Source: Candidatus Stercoripulliclostridium merdipullorum
GTDB lineage: Bacteria; Bacillota; Clostridia; Christensenellales; DTU072
DNA: 64,000 nucleotides
Reading direction: 5' to 3'
Assembly (NCBI GenBank): GCA_018713745.1
Contig: DVOH01000057.1
Coordinates: 6,544-70,543 of the forward strand
In this document: positions 1 to 8,770 of the stretch, one piece after another
Numbering within the stretch: position 1 is the first letter of the stretch
Layout of the letters: the number at the start of each line of letters is the position of its first letter
The notes under the pieces: generated by a model
Database searches by the model: none
What the model was told of the DNA's origin: nothing
Seen by the model: the letters and a program-made list of their open reading frames with translations, nothing else
Program-made: the position numbers and the translations under genes

Positions 1-212
1 GTCAAGACGATCAGAAAGTCCGACGCTTTTTGCAAAGCGATGCGTTCGTCTTCCCGATACGAGCCGCAATATTTGCGGTCGGTTGCCGACGAGAAAAAAC
101 AAGGAACACCGTAGACGTCGTGCAGGGTGGAATACAGTTTTTCGGCGATAACGCCGCCTTCGCCGGCGTCGCCGCGGAAGCAGATGAAACAATAGCGCGC
201 GTCAGGATTCAT
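1..212 (-). CDS. TIR-like domain protein, N-terminal part only (gene runs off the left edge)
   Basis: Own translation from ATG at 212-210: MNPDARYCFICFRGDAGEGGVIAEKLYSTLHDVYGVPCFFSSATDRKYCGSYREDERIALQKASDFLIVLT. The strand-helix-strand layout followed by xxFLIVLT resembles bacterial TIR domains. The start overlaps the upstream gene stop by 11 nt. Absent from the ORF track because it is truncated. Confidence 0.4.
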   Translation of the reverse strand, partial: MNPDARYCFICFRGDAGEGGVIAEKLYSTLHDVYGVPCFFSSATDRKYCGSYREDERIALQKASDFLIVL

Positions 213-990
213 ACGTAGATTCTCCGATCAGGGATTCCAGTCTGACCAAGGCGGAATAGCCTCGGCTGAGATATTTTGATTCGTCGTGGCGTTTCGGATT
301 TTTGCAAAACGACTCCAGTGTCAGCGTGCGCAGAGAAGGACACTGCGACAGGGCGCGCGCCAAGAAATTCGCGTCGATCGTTCCGTCAAACAGCAGGCGA
401 TGCTGATCGACCAAACGGTTGTTGTCGTGCAGATGGCAGCAGACGATCCGCGCGGCATAGCGTTTAAGCGGAAATGAGCGCATCCGCTTGCAATAAATCT
501 GGGCATGCCCCGCGTCAAAACAAATTTTGACCCGCTCGTCAAGATGGTCGACACCGAAGCGGAAATAATCGGTGCGCTTAAGATTTTCGATACAAAGCGT
601 TACGCCTAAGCGCTCGGCATAGTCGGTAAGCAAGACAAGGCGCTTCAGTCCGGTTTCGTTTTTTGGCGGAGGAAAAAAGGTCGATGACAGGTGGAGGTTT
701 GCATAGGGGATTTTCATCTGAGAAGCAAAGCGGATGCCGCGGCGCAGGACGGAAAGGGCTTGTTCCGCCGCCTCCTCTCCCCGCCAAATATTGTTGGCAA
801 CGGCGCGAAAGGGCAGGTGCAACGATTCGACGCTCAGTCCGCTTTTGCAGACTCCTTCGGCGCCATCGTAAAAATCGGGTCGGGACTCGAACAGCAACAT
901 CACGCCGTCGAAACCCGCTCGGCGTATGTTTTCGATCCGTCGGCGCCACGGGGTGTCGAATCCGTAGTCGAGTACGATGTGTTTTTGCAT
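202..990 (-). CDS. Sugar phosphate isomerase/epimerase (xylose isomerase-like TIM barrel)
   Basis: 262-aa ORF with HLP, CIENL, DAGH and HLHDN..D.H motifs typical of the AP-endonuclease-2 / xylose-isomerase-like TIM barrel. AAGGAG lies upstream of the ATG. Confidence 0.75.
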   Translation of the reverse strand: MQKHIVLDYGFDTPWRRRIENIRRAGFDGVMLLFESRPDFYDGAEGVCKSGLSVESLHLPFRAVANNIWRGEEAAEQALSVLRRGIRFASQMKIPYANLHLSSTFFPPPKNETGLKRLVLLTDYAERLGVTLCIENLKRTDYFRFGVDHLDERVKICFDAGHAQIYCKRMRSFPLKRYAARIVCCHLHDNNRLVDQHRLLFDGTIDANFLARALSQCPSLRTLTLESFCKNPKRHDESKYLSRGYSALVRLESLIGESTYES

Positions 991-1128
991 GGCTCCTTTC
1001 CCCGTAACCGTTTGGATTTTTTAACTATACCAAAAACCCAAGCATTTGTCAACGCGCGCAAAATATGCGCTTAAATGTGCGCGCGCAAAAATTGACGAAT
1101 TCTTGACCGTTTCGGGAGAGGTAAAACT

Positions 1129-1157
1129 TTGACATATAAATGGGAACATGGTAAAAT
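1129..1157 (+). promoter_or_regulatory. Sigma-A-like promoter of the tasA-like/sipW operon
   Basis: TTGACA (1129-1134), 17-nt spacer ending in TGg, TAAAAT (1152-1157). Confidence 0.5.
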
Positions 1158-1204
1158 TTGAGCGAAATCCCGATCGGACGGGAAGATGCGGTAAGGAGAA
1201 AACA

Positions 1205-1681
1205 ATGAGGAAAGCAATTATTTTGGCAATCTGCAGCATCATTCTGTTTTGCGGTGTTGCCGCAGGGATTGTTTGGGGGATCCGCAACGTCAGTCTTCCC
1301 GCATCCACCAAAATTTCGATCCGCTATACCGATGCCGAAAGCGTACATCCTTTCGACGTGCGCGGCTTGATGCCGGGAACGGTTGCGTCTCGGCGGTTCG
1401 AGATCGAAGGACGCCGCAGCGGTATGCTCAGCCTGACCTTTGAGGAAGACGGAGAAGTCGGTCTTGTGCCGTATTTGCAGGTGAAAATTTCGGAAAACGG
1501 AAAGACACTGTTCAACGGAGCAATGTCGGAGCTTCTGCCTCAAACATTGAATTTTTCTTTTGACGGATCGGCAATGATACTGATCGAATACGGGCTTCCG
1601 CTCGACACGGGAAACGAAGCGCAAAAGCAGGGTTGCGACATTCGTCTGAACTTCAAATTAAACCCTGAAAGCGAGTCGTAG
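1205..1681 (+). CDS. Secreted TasA/camelysin-like protein (short paralogue)
   Basis: ATG at 1205 preceded by AAGGAG. Has an N-terminal signal/TM segment (MRKAIILAICSIILFCGVAAG). The C-terminal LPLDTGNEAQ..DIRLNF pattern resembles the TasA/CalY family. Sits in an operon with a SipW-type peptidase. Confidence 0.5.
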   Translation: MRKAIILAICSIILFCGVAAGIVWGIRNVSLPASTKISIRYTDAESVHPFDVRGLMPGTVASRRFEIEGRRSGMLSLTFEEDGEVGLVPYLQVKISENGKTLFNGAMSELLPQTLNFSFDGSAMILIEYGLPLDTGNEAQKQGCDIRLNFKLNPESES

Positions 1682-1693
1682 AGGAGGATTACA

Positions 1694-2353
1694 GTGAGCT
1701 ATAAACAGGTTCTCAATCGCATTAAGGCTTACAAAAAGAATATAATGACCTTCTCGGTCGTCCTGATGCTGATTTCCGTTGCCGGTCTTGCCATGGCAAC
1801 GTTTGCTTTGTTCAGCGATTCGGTTTCTACCCACAACCGTATTCAGGCAGGGTCGCTTGAAGTCGGTTTTTTTCAGACGGCGCGCTATGGTGTTCGCTTG
1901 GACGAAGACGGAATGTTCACGCAGGCTCCCGCTCTGGAGCAGCCCTTGGATCTCAAAACGCTCGGCTTAGACCAAAGTATTTTCAGTTTGGACAATATAT
2001 GCCCCGGGGTATATGAGGAAGCGGTATTCGAAGTTCGCAATTACGCTTCGACCACGGCATTTCATTACGGAATTATCCTGCGCGATTTTTCTTTGATCGG
2101 AAGTGAATCGGCACGGGATCAGATTGCAATCAGTGTTTCCGATGCCGAGGGCGTCAGAATCCGCTTTACCCTTGCCGAAGCCGGAACATCAAAAGAGGTG
2201 GATCTTGGCATTATGAAACGGGGCGACAGCGTTGCGACATTCGAAGTGCGCGTCGAATTTCTCGATACCGATCAAAACAACGAAGCGAATTCGGCTTCGG
2301 TAACGTTCGATTTGACACTGCGGGCGGTTCAGGTTACCCCGGACGAAATCTGA
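1694..2353 (+). CDS. TasA/camelysin-family protein with SipW-cognate signal peptide
   Basis: GTG start 6 nt after GAGGAGG. The N-terminus ...LAMATFALFSDSVSTHNRIQAGSLEV matches the SipW-dependent signal class (A-x-F-x-D ... N ... AG-L). Confidence 0.7.
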   Translation: MSYKQVLNRIKAYKKNIMTFSVVLMLISVAGLAMATFALFSDSVSTHNRIQAGSLEVGFFQTARYGVRLDEDGMFTQAPALEQPLDLKTLGLDQSIFSLDNICPGVYEEAVFEVRNYASTTAFHYGIILRDFSLIGSESARDQIAISVSDAEGVRIRFTLAEAGTSKEVDLGIMKRGDSVATFEVRVEFLDTDQNNEANSASVTFDLTLRAVQVTPDEI

Positions 2354-2462
2354 CGGCGTTTCAGTGCAAATTGTTTGCGCTGGAAACGGAAAAAGTTGTT
2401 TTGCTTAATTCCATAGAGTCCGTTCGCATGCAAAACGCGGCAACAAACGGGAAGGAGTCGAT

Positions 2463-3218
2463 TTGAAACCAAGCAACAAAAAAATTTTGTCGGCGGTCGC
2501 TACTGTTTTTACAATACTGATTTTGCTGTTTGCGGTAGGGATTATGATTTTTACCATAATTTCGGTGCGTACGGTGGGTAAGCATCAGGCGGAAATTTTC
2601 GGACATCGCGCATTTATCGTGCTTTCCGATTCGATGAAGGATACCTTCAAAGCCGGCGATATGATTGTGGTCAAAGTGGAAGACGATCTCGAAAATCTGC
2701 CCGAAGGTACGGTAATTACCTTCCGTTCTGCCGATCCCGACAGTTACGGAGAGATCGTAACGCACAAGATCAGACAAAAAATCGAAGTCAACGGCAAAAC
2801 CGCTTACGTCACTTACGGTACAACGACGGGAGTCGACGACGCAACGCCTGTTTTAGCCGAAAACATCATCGGAATTTACCGTTTCCGTCTTGCGGGGGCT
2901 GGATATTTCTTCCGATTTCTTAAGACGCCGTGGGGTTATGTCGTTATTGTGCTGGTTCCGTTTTTACTGTTGATCGGTGTCAATTTTGTAAGGTTTTTGC
3001 AGGCGTACCGCCAATATAAAGGTGAAAAGGAAGCCAAAACGCGCGCGCTGGAAGCGGCGGCGGAGGCGGATCGCGCCGAAACGATGCGACTCAGACAGGA
3101 GCTTGAAGCGCTGAAAGCCCGCATGAACGGAACTCCGAGCGGTACGCTCGGCAACACGGAAGACGCCACAGGCGTAGACGGGAAGTCGACCGACGAAGAC
3201 GGCCAATCAAAGAAATGA
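2463..3218 (+). CDS. sipW: Signal peptidase I, SipW (ER/archaeal S26B) type, with charged coiled-coil-like C-terminal tail
   Basis: TTG start after AAGGAG. Has an N-terminal TM, catalytic-Ser box VLSDSMKDTF, a THKI His box and a second TM. These are followed by the tail EKEAKTRALEAAAEADRAETMRLRQELEALKARM. Confidence 0.8.
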   Translation: MKPSNKKILSAVATVFTILILLFAVGIMIFTIISVRTVGKHQAEIFGHRAFIVLSDSMKDTFKAGDMIVVKVEDDLENLPEGTVITFRSADPDSYGEIVTHKIRQKIEVNGKTAYVTYGTTTGVDDATPVLAENIIGIYRFRLAGAGYFFRFLKTPWGYVVIVLVPFLLLIGVNFVRFLQAYRQYKGEKEAKTRALEAAAEADRAETMRLRQELEALKARMNGTPSGTLGNTEDATGVDGKSTDEDGQSKK

Positions 3219-3276
3219 TCCGATAGCCGCTTGTTTTCCGATCCGAAGAATGCTATACTGATATAGAGGCGAATTT

Positions 3277-3837
3277 ATGGATAAGCATATTCGGACATCT
3301 GAATCGGAACCGACCGAAAACTCCGCTATCCCGTCTGCCGAAACTTCGGCAGAGGGCGGGCATAACGCCGCGCAAGACGGCAAACAAAAGAAAAAAGAGT
3401 GGATCCGTGTTTTGAAATTTTTGCTCTTTTCCTGTTCGGCAGGCGCGATTCAGCTGGTGGTCAATTTTTTACTTTACGATGTGGCGCACTTGACATATTG
3501 GGTCAGCTATTTGATCGCGTTGGTTGCATCGGTCATTTGGAATTTTACGTTTAACCGCAAGTTTACGTTTAAGTCGGCGTCCAATGTTCCTGTTGCGATG
3601 CTGCTGGTGTTTTTGTATTACTGTGCTTTTACGCCGCTGTCGACCCTATGGGGACACTATCTCGAAAGGGCGGGTTGGCCCGGGATGCTGGTGACGGTAT
3701 TTTCGATGGCGATCAATCTGACGACCGAGTTTTTGTGGCAACGCTTTGTCGTCTTCCGTAAGTCGATCGATACCGCCGCAAAAAAAGACGGCAGCGACAA
3801 AGAGGATCAATCGTCCGACGACTCCCGCTCCCGCTGA
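3277..3837 (+). CDS. GtrA-family membrane protein
   Basis: Four hydrophobic segments and the NRKFTF motif typical of GtrA-like proteins. GAGG lies upstream of the ATG. Confidence 0.8.
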   Translation: MDKHIRTSESEPTENSAIPSAETSAEGGHNAAQDGKQKKKEWIRVLKFLLFSCSAGAIQLVVNFLLYDVAHLTYWVSYLIALVASVIWNFTFNRKFTFKSASNVPVAMLLVFLYYCAFTPLSTLWGHYLERAGWPGMLVTVFSMAINLTTEFLWQRFVVFRKSIDTAAKKDGSDKEDQSSDDSRSR

Positions 3838-3861
3838 ATCGACGTTCCGATACAAAATACA

Positions 3862-3890
3862 AAAGACGCGCGGTTTTTCCGCGCGTCTTT
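3862..3890. terminator. Bidirectional intrinsic terminator between convergent genes
   Basis: Perfect 12-bp stem AAAGACGCGCGG / CCGCGCGTCTTT with a TTTTT loop, flanked by an A-run and a T-rich tail. Confidence 0.7.
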
Positions 3891-3916
3891 CCGTTTGATT
3901 TGTTTTGGCGCAAAAT

Positions 3917-5659
3917 CTATCTTTTGCTGAAGTCGGCACCCAAGCCGCAAGGTTTGGGATCCGATCCCAAAGAGGGGACGGGCTTTGGTGTGAAGCGGTA
4001 TGCCTGGTAGGTCAGATACCCGCCCGATACGTTGAAGAGATTTCGATATCCCGCGCCGCGCAGAATGCACAGCGCGATATGTGCGCGAAGTCCGACTTGA
4101 CAGGAAACGTAAATCGGTTGGTTTTTGTCCCGGGGCAGCTCGTTCAGGCGAAGGCGCAGTTCGTCAACCGGGATGTGGTGTGCGCCTTCGATACGCCCGC
4201 GTGCAAATTCCCCCGGGGTGCGCACGTCCAGAAGATACCCGCCATCTTTGACGATCGCGTCGATTTCGTCGTGGTGTACCATACGGTAAAAGCCGTCCCG
4301 CACGTTTTCGGCAATATAACCGAGGATGTTGACCGGATCTTTTGCCGAGCCGAAGGGGGGCGCATAGCAAAGTTCGAGGTCGGACAAATCATAAACCGTC
4401 CCGTTCAGGCGCATTGTTGTTGCAATTACGTCGATGCGTTTTTCCGTCCCGTCTTTGCCGATTGCCTGGGCACCGAAAATCCGTCCGCTTTCGGGATCGT
4501 ACAAAATTTTCAGCGCAATATTGGACGCTCCCGGGTAGTAGCTTGCATGATTGGCACGATGGGCGTGAACGGCAAGATAGGGGATGCCCTTGGCTTTCAG
4601 CATCCCTTCCCCCGCGCCCGTCGATGCCGCAGTCATTCCGAAGACTTTAATTACACTTGTTCCGAGAATTTTGCTTGTTTTGATCGTATTTCCCGCAATG
4701 CGGTCGGCGACCAGACGACCCTGACGATTGGCGCCCCAGGCAAGGGGGACGGCATAAGGCTTAGCGTCCAGCGCGTTGATCACTTCGATCATATCGCCGA
4801 TGGCGTAAACATCTTGTTCGATCGCACCCGTCGCGGCGTCGATCGCTTCAAAATTGCTGCTCGTCACGACGTGACCGCGCGCGCCGAGTTTCAGTCCCGC
4901 CTCCTGCGCCAGCGTGTTTTCGGGGCGCACACCGATGGCGAGGATGACCATGTCGGTATCGATCGTTTTGCCCGATTCCGTCACGACTTTGCGCCCTTTG
5001 TCCTGCAAGGCGGCGATGCCGTCCCCGAGAATCAGATCGACGCCGTTCGACGCCAGTTCGCGGTGTAGGAATTGCGCCATTTCGAAGTCGAAGTTTCGCA
5101 GTACCTGATCGGTTTTTTCGATGAGCGTAACATCGACACCGCATTCGGTCAGATTCTCCGCCATTTCGACGCCGATAAATCCGCCCCCTACGACAACGGC
5201 CCGGCGAACGTTTTCAGAAGTCAGATATTGCTTGATGCGATCGGTGTCGGGGATGTTGCGGAGGGTAAAAACGTTGTCGGCTTCTTCGGCTCCGGGAATG
5301 GCGGGCGTTACGGGTTTTGCGCCGCACGAGAGGATCAGTTTGTCGTAAGTTTCGGTGTATACGGAATTGTCCCGAAGATTTCGGATTGTAATAGTTTTAT
5401 CCGATTTGTTTACCGAAATCACCTCGTTCAGGACCCGAATGTCGAGTTTGTAGCGGGTTGCCATCCCGTTGACGGTCTGAACCTGTAAGGCGTTGCGATC
5501 TGCAATCGTTCCGCCGATATAATAGGGCAGACCGCAGTTTGCGTACGAAATATAAGCGTCGCGTTCGATGATTACGATTTCTGCCGATTCGTCAAGGCGT
5601 CTTAAGCGCGCCGCGGCGGTTGCGCCGCCCGCTACTCCGCCGATGATTACGATTTTCAT
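3917..5659 (-). CDS. CoA-disulfide reductase-like FAD/NAD(P) oxidoreductase with C-terminal rhodanese domain
   Basis: Likely start is MKIVIIGGVAGG (ATG 5659; the track ORF starts at an upstream TTG). Has the redox Cys motif SYANCGLPYY, a second dinucleotide fold VVVGGGFIGVE and a rhodanese active site YVSCQVGLRAH. Confidence 0.8.
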   Translation of the reverse strand: MKIVIIGGVAGGATAAARLRRLDESAEIVIIERDAYISYANCGLPYYIGGTIADRNALQVQTVNGMATRYKLDIRVLNEVISVNKSDKTITIRNLRDNSVYTETYDKLILSCGAKPVTPAIPGAEEADNVFTLRNIPDTDRIKQYLTSENVRRAVVVGGGFIGVEMAENLTECGVDVTLIEKTDQVLRNFDFEMAQFLHRELASNGVDLILGDGIAALQDKGRKVVTESGKTIDTDMVILAIGVRPENTLAQEAGLKLGARGHVVTSSNFEAIDAATGAIEQDVYAIGDMIEVINALDAKPYAVPLAWGANRQGRLVADRIAGNTIKTSKILGTSVIKVFGMTAASTGAGEGMLKAKGIPYLAVHAHRANHASYYPGASNIALKILYDPESGRIFGAQAIGKDGTEKRIDVIATTMRLNGTVYDLSDLELCYAPPFGSAKDPVNILGYIAENVRDGFYRMVHHDEIDAIVKDGGYLLDVRTPGEFARGRIEGAHHIPVDELRLRLNELPRDKNQPIYVSCQVGLRAHIALCILRGAGYRNLFNVSGGYLTYQAYRFTPKPVPSLGSDPKPCGLGADFSKR

Positions 5660-5815
5660 AGAAACCTCCGTTGCAGTTCGATGATAATTCAATTATATCA
5701 TATTTCAAATGAGTTTTGCGTGATTAAGTCGCAGAAATAATGTCGCCCGACGGGCGACCTTTTGCAGAAACGGGTGCGGTATACTGAAGCCATCAAACGA
5801 CGGAGGTAACCGAAT

Positions 5816-6457
5816 ATGAACAAAAATCTGACCGAAATGATTCTGATTGTCGATCGCAGCGGCTCGATGGCAGGGCTAGAAGCCGATACGGTGGGCGGCA
5901 TCAACGCGCTTTTGGAGAAGCAGCGCAAACAAGAGGGCGAACTGCTGGTAACGACGGTTTTGTTTGATGACCGAACCGAATGGCTTTATGATCGGACGCC
6001 GGGGTCGCGCGTCGAGCCGTTGACCGACCGACAGTATTATGTCCGCGGCAGTACGGCATTGCTGGATGCGATGGCGGAAGTGATAAACACGATTTCGGCA
6101 GGGCAACGCTATGCCCGCAGCGAAGACCGTCCCGCCAGAACAATTGTTGCGATTACGACGGACGGGATGGAAAACGCAAGCCGACGTTACCGCTATGCCG
6201 AAATCAAAGAGATGGTGGAGGCGCGCAAAAAAGAGGGATGGGAGTTCTTGTTTTTGGGCGCAAACATCGATGCCTTCGGCGAAGCCGAACGGATCGGGAT
6301 TCATCGCGATTGCGCCGTCAAATCCTTTGCCGATCGGGCAGGTACCGGAGCGGCGTTTGCCTCAATCAACGATGCCGTCAGTATGATGCGCCGTGACGTG
6401 CCTTTGGACGGCCGCTGGAAAAAGGCGGTGGAAGAGGACGCCGAAACGCGGAAATAG
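5816..6457 (+). CDS. Cytoplasmic von Willebrand factor A (vWA) domain protein
   Basis: MIDAS motif DRSGSM near the N-terminus, followed by TALLDA and TTDGMEN. No signal peptide. Confidence 0.75.
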   Translation: MNKNLTEMILIVDRSGSMAGLEADTVGGINALLEKQRKQEGELLVTTVLFDDRTEWLYDRTPGSRVEPLTDRQYYVRGSTALLDAMAEVINTISAGQRYARSEDRPARTIVAITTDGMENASRRYRYAEIKEMVEARKKEGWEFLFLGANIDAFGEAERIGIHRDCAVKSFADRAGTGAAFASINDAVSMMRRDVPLDGRWKKAVEEDAETRK

Positions 6458-6474
6458 CATAAAAAATGATTCAA

Positions 6475-6506
6475 GGTGTCGCAATAGTGCGACACCTCTT
6501 GCTTGT
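6475..6506 (+). terminator. Candidate intrinsic terminator after the vWA gene
   Basis: 9-bp stem GGTGTCGCA / TGCGACACC with a 4-nt loop, followed by a T-rich tail. Confidence 0.45.
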
Positions 6507-6531
6507 TTCGGGTCGGTTTTTGCGGTATAAT
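6503..6531 (+). promoter_or_regulatory. Sigma-A-like promoter
   Basis: TTGTTT, 17 nt, TATAAT (6526-6531), upstream of the 72-aa ORF. Confidence 0.45.
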
Positions 6532-6559
6532 CTGGGTATCAAACAAAAGGAGAATCGCA

Positions 6560-6778
6560 ATGCGACAGATTTATGTGTTTGCGAACGACTTAAACCCCGT
6601 AAAAATCAGGATCGGTGCGCTGGAATATCGCTTGCAGGAAGGGAAGTACGGCAGGACGTTGTCGACCGAAATCGGCAAGGTCGGGATTGAACTCCGATAC
6701 GACAAGGCGGATTTTCCGCTGGTCGAGGACGTGATTCGTCACGTCGTCGAAACATACGAGGACGCCGAGGTCATATAA
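6560..6778 (+). CDS. Hypothetical 72-aa protein
   Basis: ATG at 6560 lies 7 nt after AAGGAG. I recognise no motif. Followed by a hairpin (AAACCGCC/GGCGGTTT). Confidence 0.5.
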   Translation: MRQIYVFANDLNPVKIRIGALEYRLQEGKYGRTLSTEIGKVGIELRYDKADFPLVEDVIRHVVETYEDAEVI

Positions 6779-6825
6779 AAACCGCCTTGTGCGGCGGTTT
6801 AAACGGTATATTGCAGAACAAATGC

Positions 6826-7566
6826 TCAAACGGTCAGCCCGCCGTCGACGCGCAGCACTTCGCCCGTGATGAAAGATGCTTGAGGGGAGGAAAAAAACAG
6901 CACGGCGTCGGCAACGTCTTGCGGAGTGCCGATGCGGCAGAGCGGGGTTTCGTCGATGACGGCACATTTGTCTGCGTCCGATAAATTTGCGTTCATCTCG
7001 GTGTCGATCAATCCGGGAGCGACGCAGTTGACATGGATGCCCGAAGGGCCGACTTCTTTTGCAAGTGCTTTGGTCCAGCCGATCAGTCCTGCTTTGGCGG
7101 CGGAATATGCCGCTTCGCAAGATGCCCCCGTCAATCCCCACATGCTGGAGATATTGACGATTTTGCCGCTTTTTCGGGCGATCATGGCAGGGAGTGCGGC
7201 TTTGGTGACATAAAATGCGGCGCCGAGATTGACGTTGACGACTTTTTGCCAATCGGCGTCGGTGGTGTCTTGAACTTGTTTTTGAAGAGAAATCCCCGCA
7301 TTGTTGACCAAAACGTCGATTCTACCGAAACGATTGAGGACGGCTTGAACAAGTTGTGCCGCTTCGGCGGGGTCAGAAACGTCGGCGGCATACGCAATGC
7401 TCTCAGGCGACGTCAGCCGACACCGTTGAAGGGTGTCTTCGGCGGCGGCGTGATTTGCGCGATAATTGACGACGACGGTGTCGCCTTCCGCGGCAAAACG
7501 CAGAGCGATTGCCCGTCCGATTCCGCGGGAAGCGCCGGTAATCAGGACAATTCGGGAGTTCGGCAT
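6826..7566 (-). CDS. SDR-family oxidoreductase (FabG-like 3-oxoacyl reductase)
   Basis: TGASRGIG cofactor motif, NNAG, and catalytic S...YSAAK. Confidence 0.85.
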   Translation of the reverse strand: MPNSRIVLITGASRGIGRAIALRFAAEGDTVVVNYRANHAAAEDTLQRCRLTSPESIAYAADVSDPAEAAQLVQAVLNRFGRIDVLVNNAGISLQKQVQDTTDADWQKVVNVNLGAAFYVTKAALPAMIARKSGKIVNISSMWGLTGASCEAAYSAAKAGLIGWTKALAKEVGPSGIHVNCVAPGLIDTEMNANLSDADKCAVIDETPLCRIGTPQDVADAVLFFSSPQASFITGEVLRVDGGLTV

Positions 7567-7567
7567 T

Positions 7568-8653
7568 TCAGTGGCGGTAGCCTTCGGCTTCGAGGAAGGC
7601 GTCGAGGACGGCGATCGAAAGTGCCGAAGTGACGATAATATTGGCGCGCGGCACGATGGATACGACGTGATTGCCTTTGACTTCGAGGTCTACGATGGTG
7701 TTGGTGACGAAGTCGAGGGCTTTTTGGGTCTGCTTGAAGGAGGGGGTCGGTTTGAACGAAGTCGTGACGATCACGGGCATACCGTTGGAGATGCCGCCGT
7801 TGATGCCGCCGTTGTAATTGTGATCGGTCGTGACGCGGTTGTCGGCGTCGATGACAAAGTTGTCGCTGACTTCGCTGCCGCGTTTGTGGGCAAACATATG
7901 TCCGATCCCGAAGCCCACGCCCTTGACGGCGGGGATGGAGAACAAGATCGAGGAAAGTTTTGCTTCGAGGTTGTCAAACATCGGCGAGCCGATTCCTGCG
8001 GGGAGTCCGACGATTGCGCTTTCGACGGCGCCGCCGATGCTGTCGCCGACGGCTTTTACGCTTGCCAAAAGCGATACCATTTGTTTGCGCGCTTCGGTGC
8101 TGATCGTGGCAAGGGACGCCGAATTCAGACGGTCGATCAGATCGCGGCCGATCTCGGCGCCGAACGGCGTGTCATAAACGTTGCCGATACACTTGATATG
8201 CGATACGACTTCGATCCCTTTTTGGGAGAGATAGTCTGCCGCCATCATTCCGAAAAACACGAGCGGCAAGGTCAGTCTGCCCGAAAAGTGTCCGCCCCCG
8301 TTGAGATCGGCGGCGCCGCGATAGCGAACGCCCGCAACGTAGTCGGCGCGGGAGGGGTAGGCGGTGTGCTCTTCGACATCCTGCTTATTGAAATCGGGGT
8401 TGGGGAAAATGACGGTGATCGGCGCGCCGTTGGTCACTCCTTTGGTGATACCGCTGAGAATCTTGGGACGATCCTCTTCTTTGCGGGCGCGTGTGAAATT
8501 GTTGTTGCCTTGCCGCAGTTTGAGGGCAAGTTTGATGCGGTCGAGATTGAGGGGGATCCCTGCGGGAAAATCGTGCAAAGTTCCGCCGACAAAGGGTCCG
8601 TGCGCTTCGCCGAACAGCGAAAGTCTGAGTTGACTGCCCCAGGTTGAGCTCAT
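7568..8653 (-). CDS. aroC: Chorismate synthase
   Basis: N-terminal GSQLRLSLFGEAHG and an overall chorismate synthase pattern (GRLT.P, NGGISNG). Confidence 0.9.
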   Translation of the reverse strand: MSSTWGSQLRLSLFGEAHGPFVGGTLHDFPAGIPLNLDRIKLALKLRQGNNNFTRARKEEDRPKILSGITKGVTNGAPITVIFPNPDFNKQDVEEHTAYPSRADYVAGVRYRGAADLNGGGHFSGRLTLPLVFFGMMAADYLSQKGIEVVSHIKCIGNVYDTPFGAEIGRDLIDRLNSASLATISTEARKQMVSLLASVKAVGDSIGGAVESAIVGLPAGIGSPMFDNLEAKLSSILFSIPAVKGVGFGIGHMFAHKRGSEVSDNFVIDADNRVTTDHNYNGGINGGISNGMPVIVTTSFKPTPSFKQTQKALDFVTNTIVDLEVKGNHVVSIVPRANIIVTSALSIAVLDAFLEAEGYRH

Positions 8654-8721
8654 ATTGCCTCCCTAAAACGCGATAAAGATGAATTTATTATATCCGACTT
8701 CCCTTAAAAAGTCAAACCGAA

Positions 8722-8751
8722 TTGACAAGAAGGGCAGGGGGTTGCTATGAT
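8722..8751 (+). promoter_or_regulatory. Sigma-A-like promoter
   Basis: TTGACA, 18-nt spacer ending in TGc, TATGAT. Confidence 0.45.
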
Positions 8752-8770
8752 GGTCTGTAGTACGGAGGCT

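Noticed and set aside
1053-1092. Direct repeat CGCGCGCAAAA(T/A) occurring twice upstream of the tasA-like promoter, as a regulator binding site
   Set aside because: There are only two short copies in a GC-rich patch. Without comparative data this cannot be told apart from chance.
3905-5068. 387-aa plus-strand ORF, and similar large shadows at 7466..8647, 13708..14646, 15033..16193, 18080..19552, 19203..20633, 23883..25145, 26235..27134, 27227..28198, 30682..31674, 32781..33794, 33861..34808, 47374..48504, 55794..57158 and 57461..58486
   Set aside because: Each is antisense to, or out of frame with, a gene that has clear family motifs, and none has a convincing RBS or recognisable motifs.
6590-7252. 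220-aa Arg-rich minus-strand ORF overlapping the SDR gene in another frame
   Set aside because: It has extreme Arg/Gln/His composition typical of an off-frame reading of GC-rich coding DNA. The SDR frame has all the cofactor and catalytic motifs.
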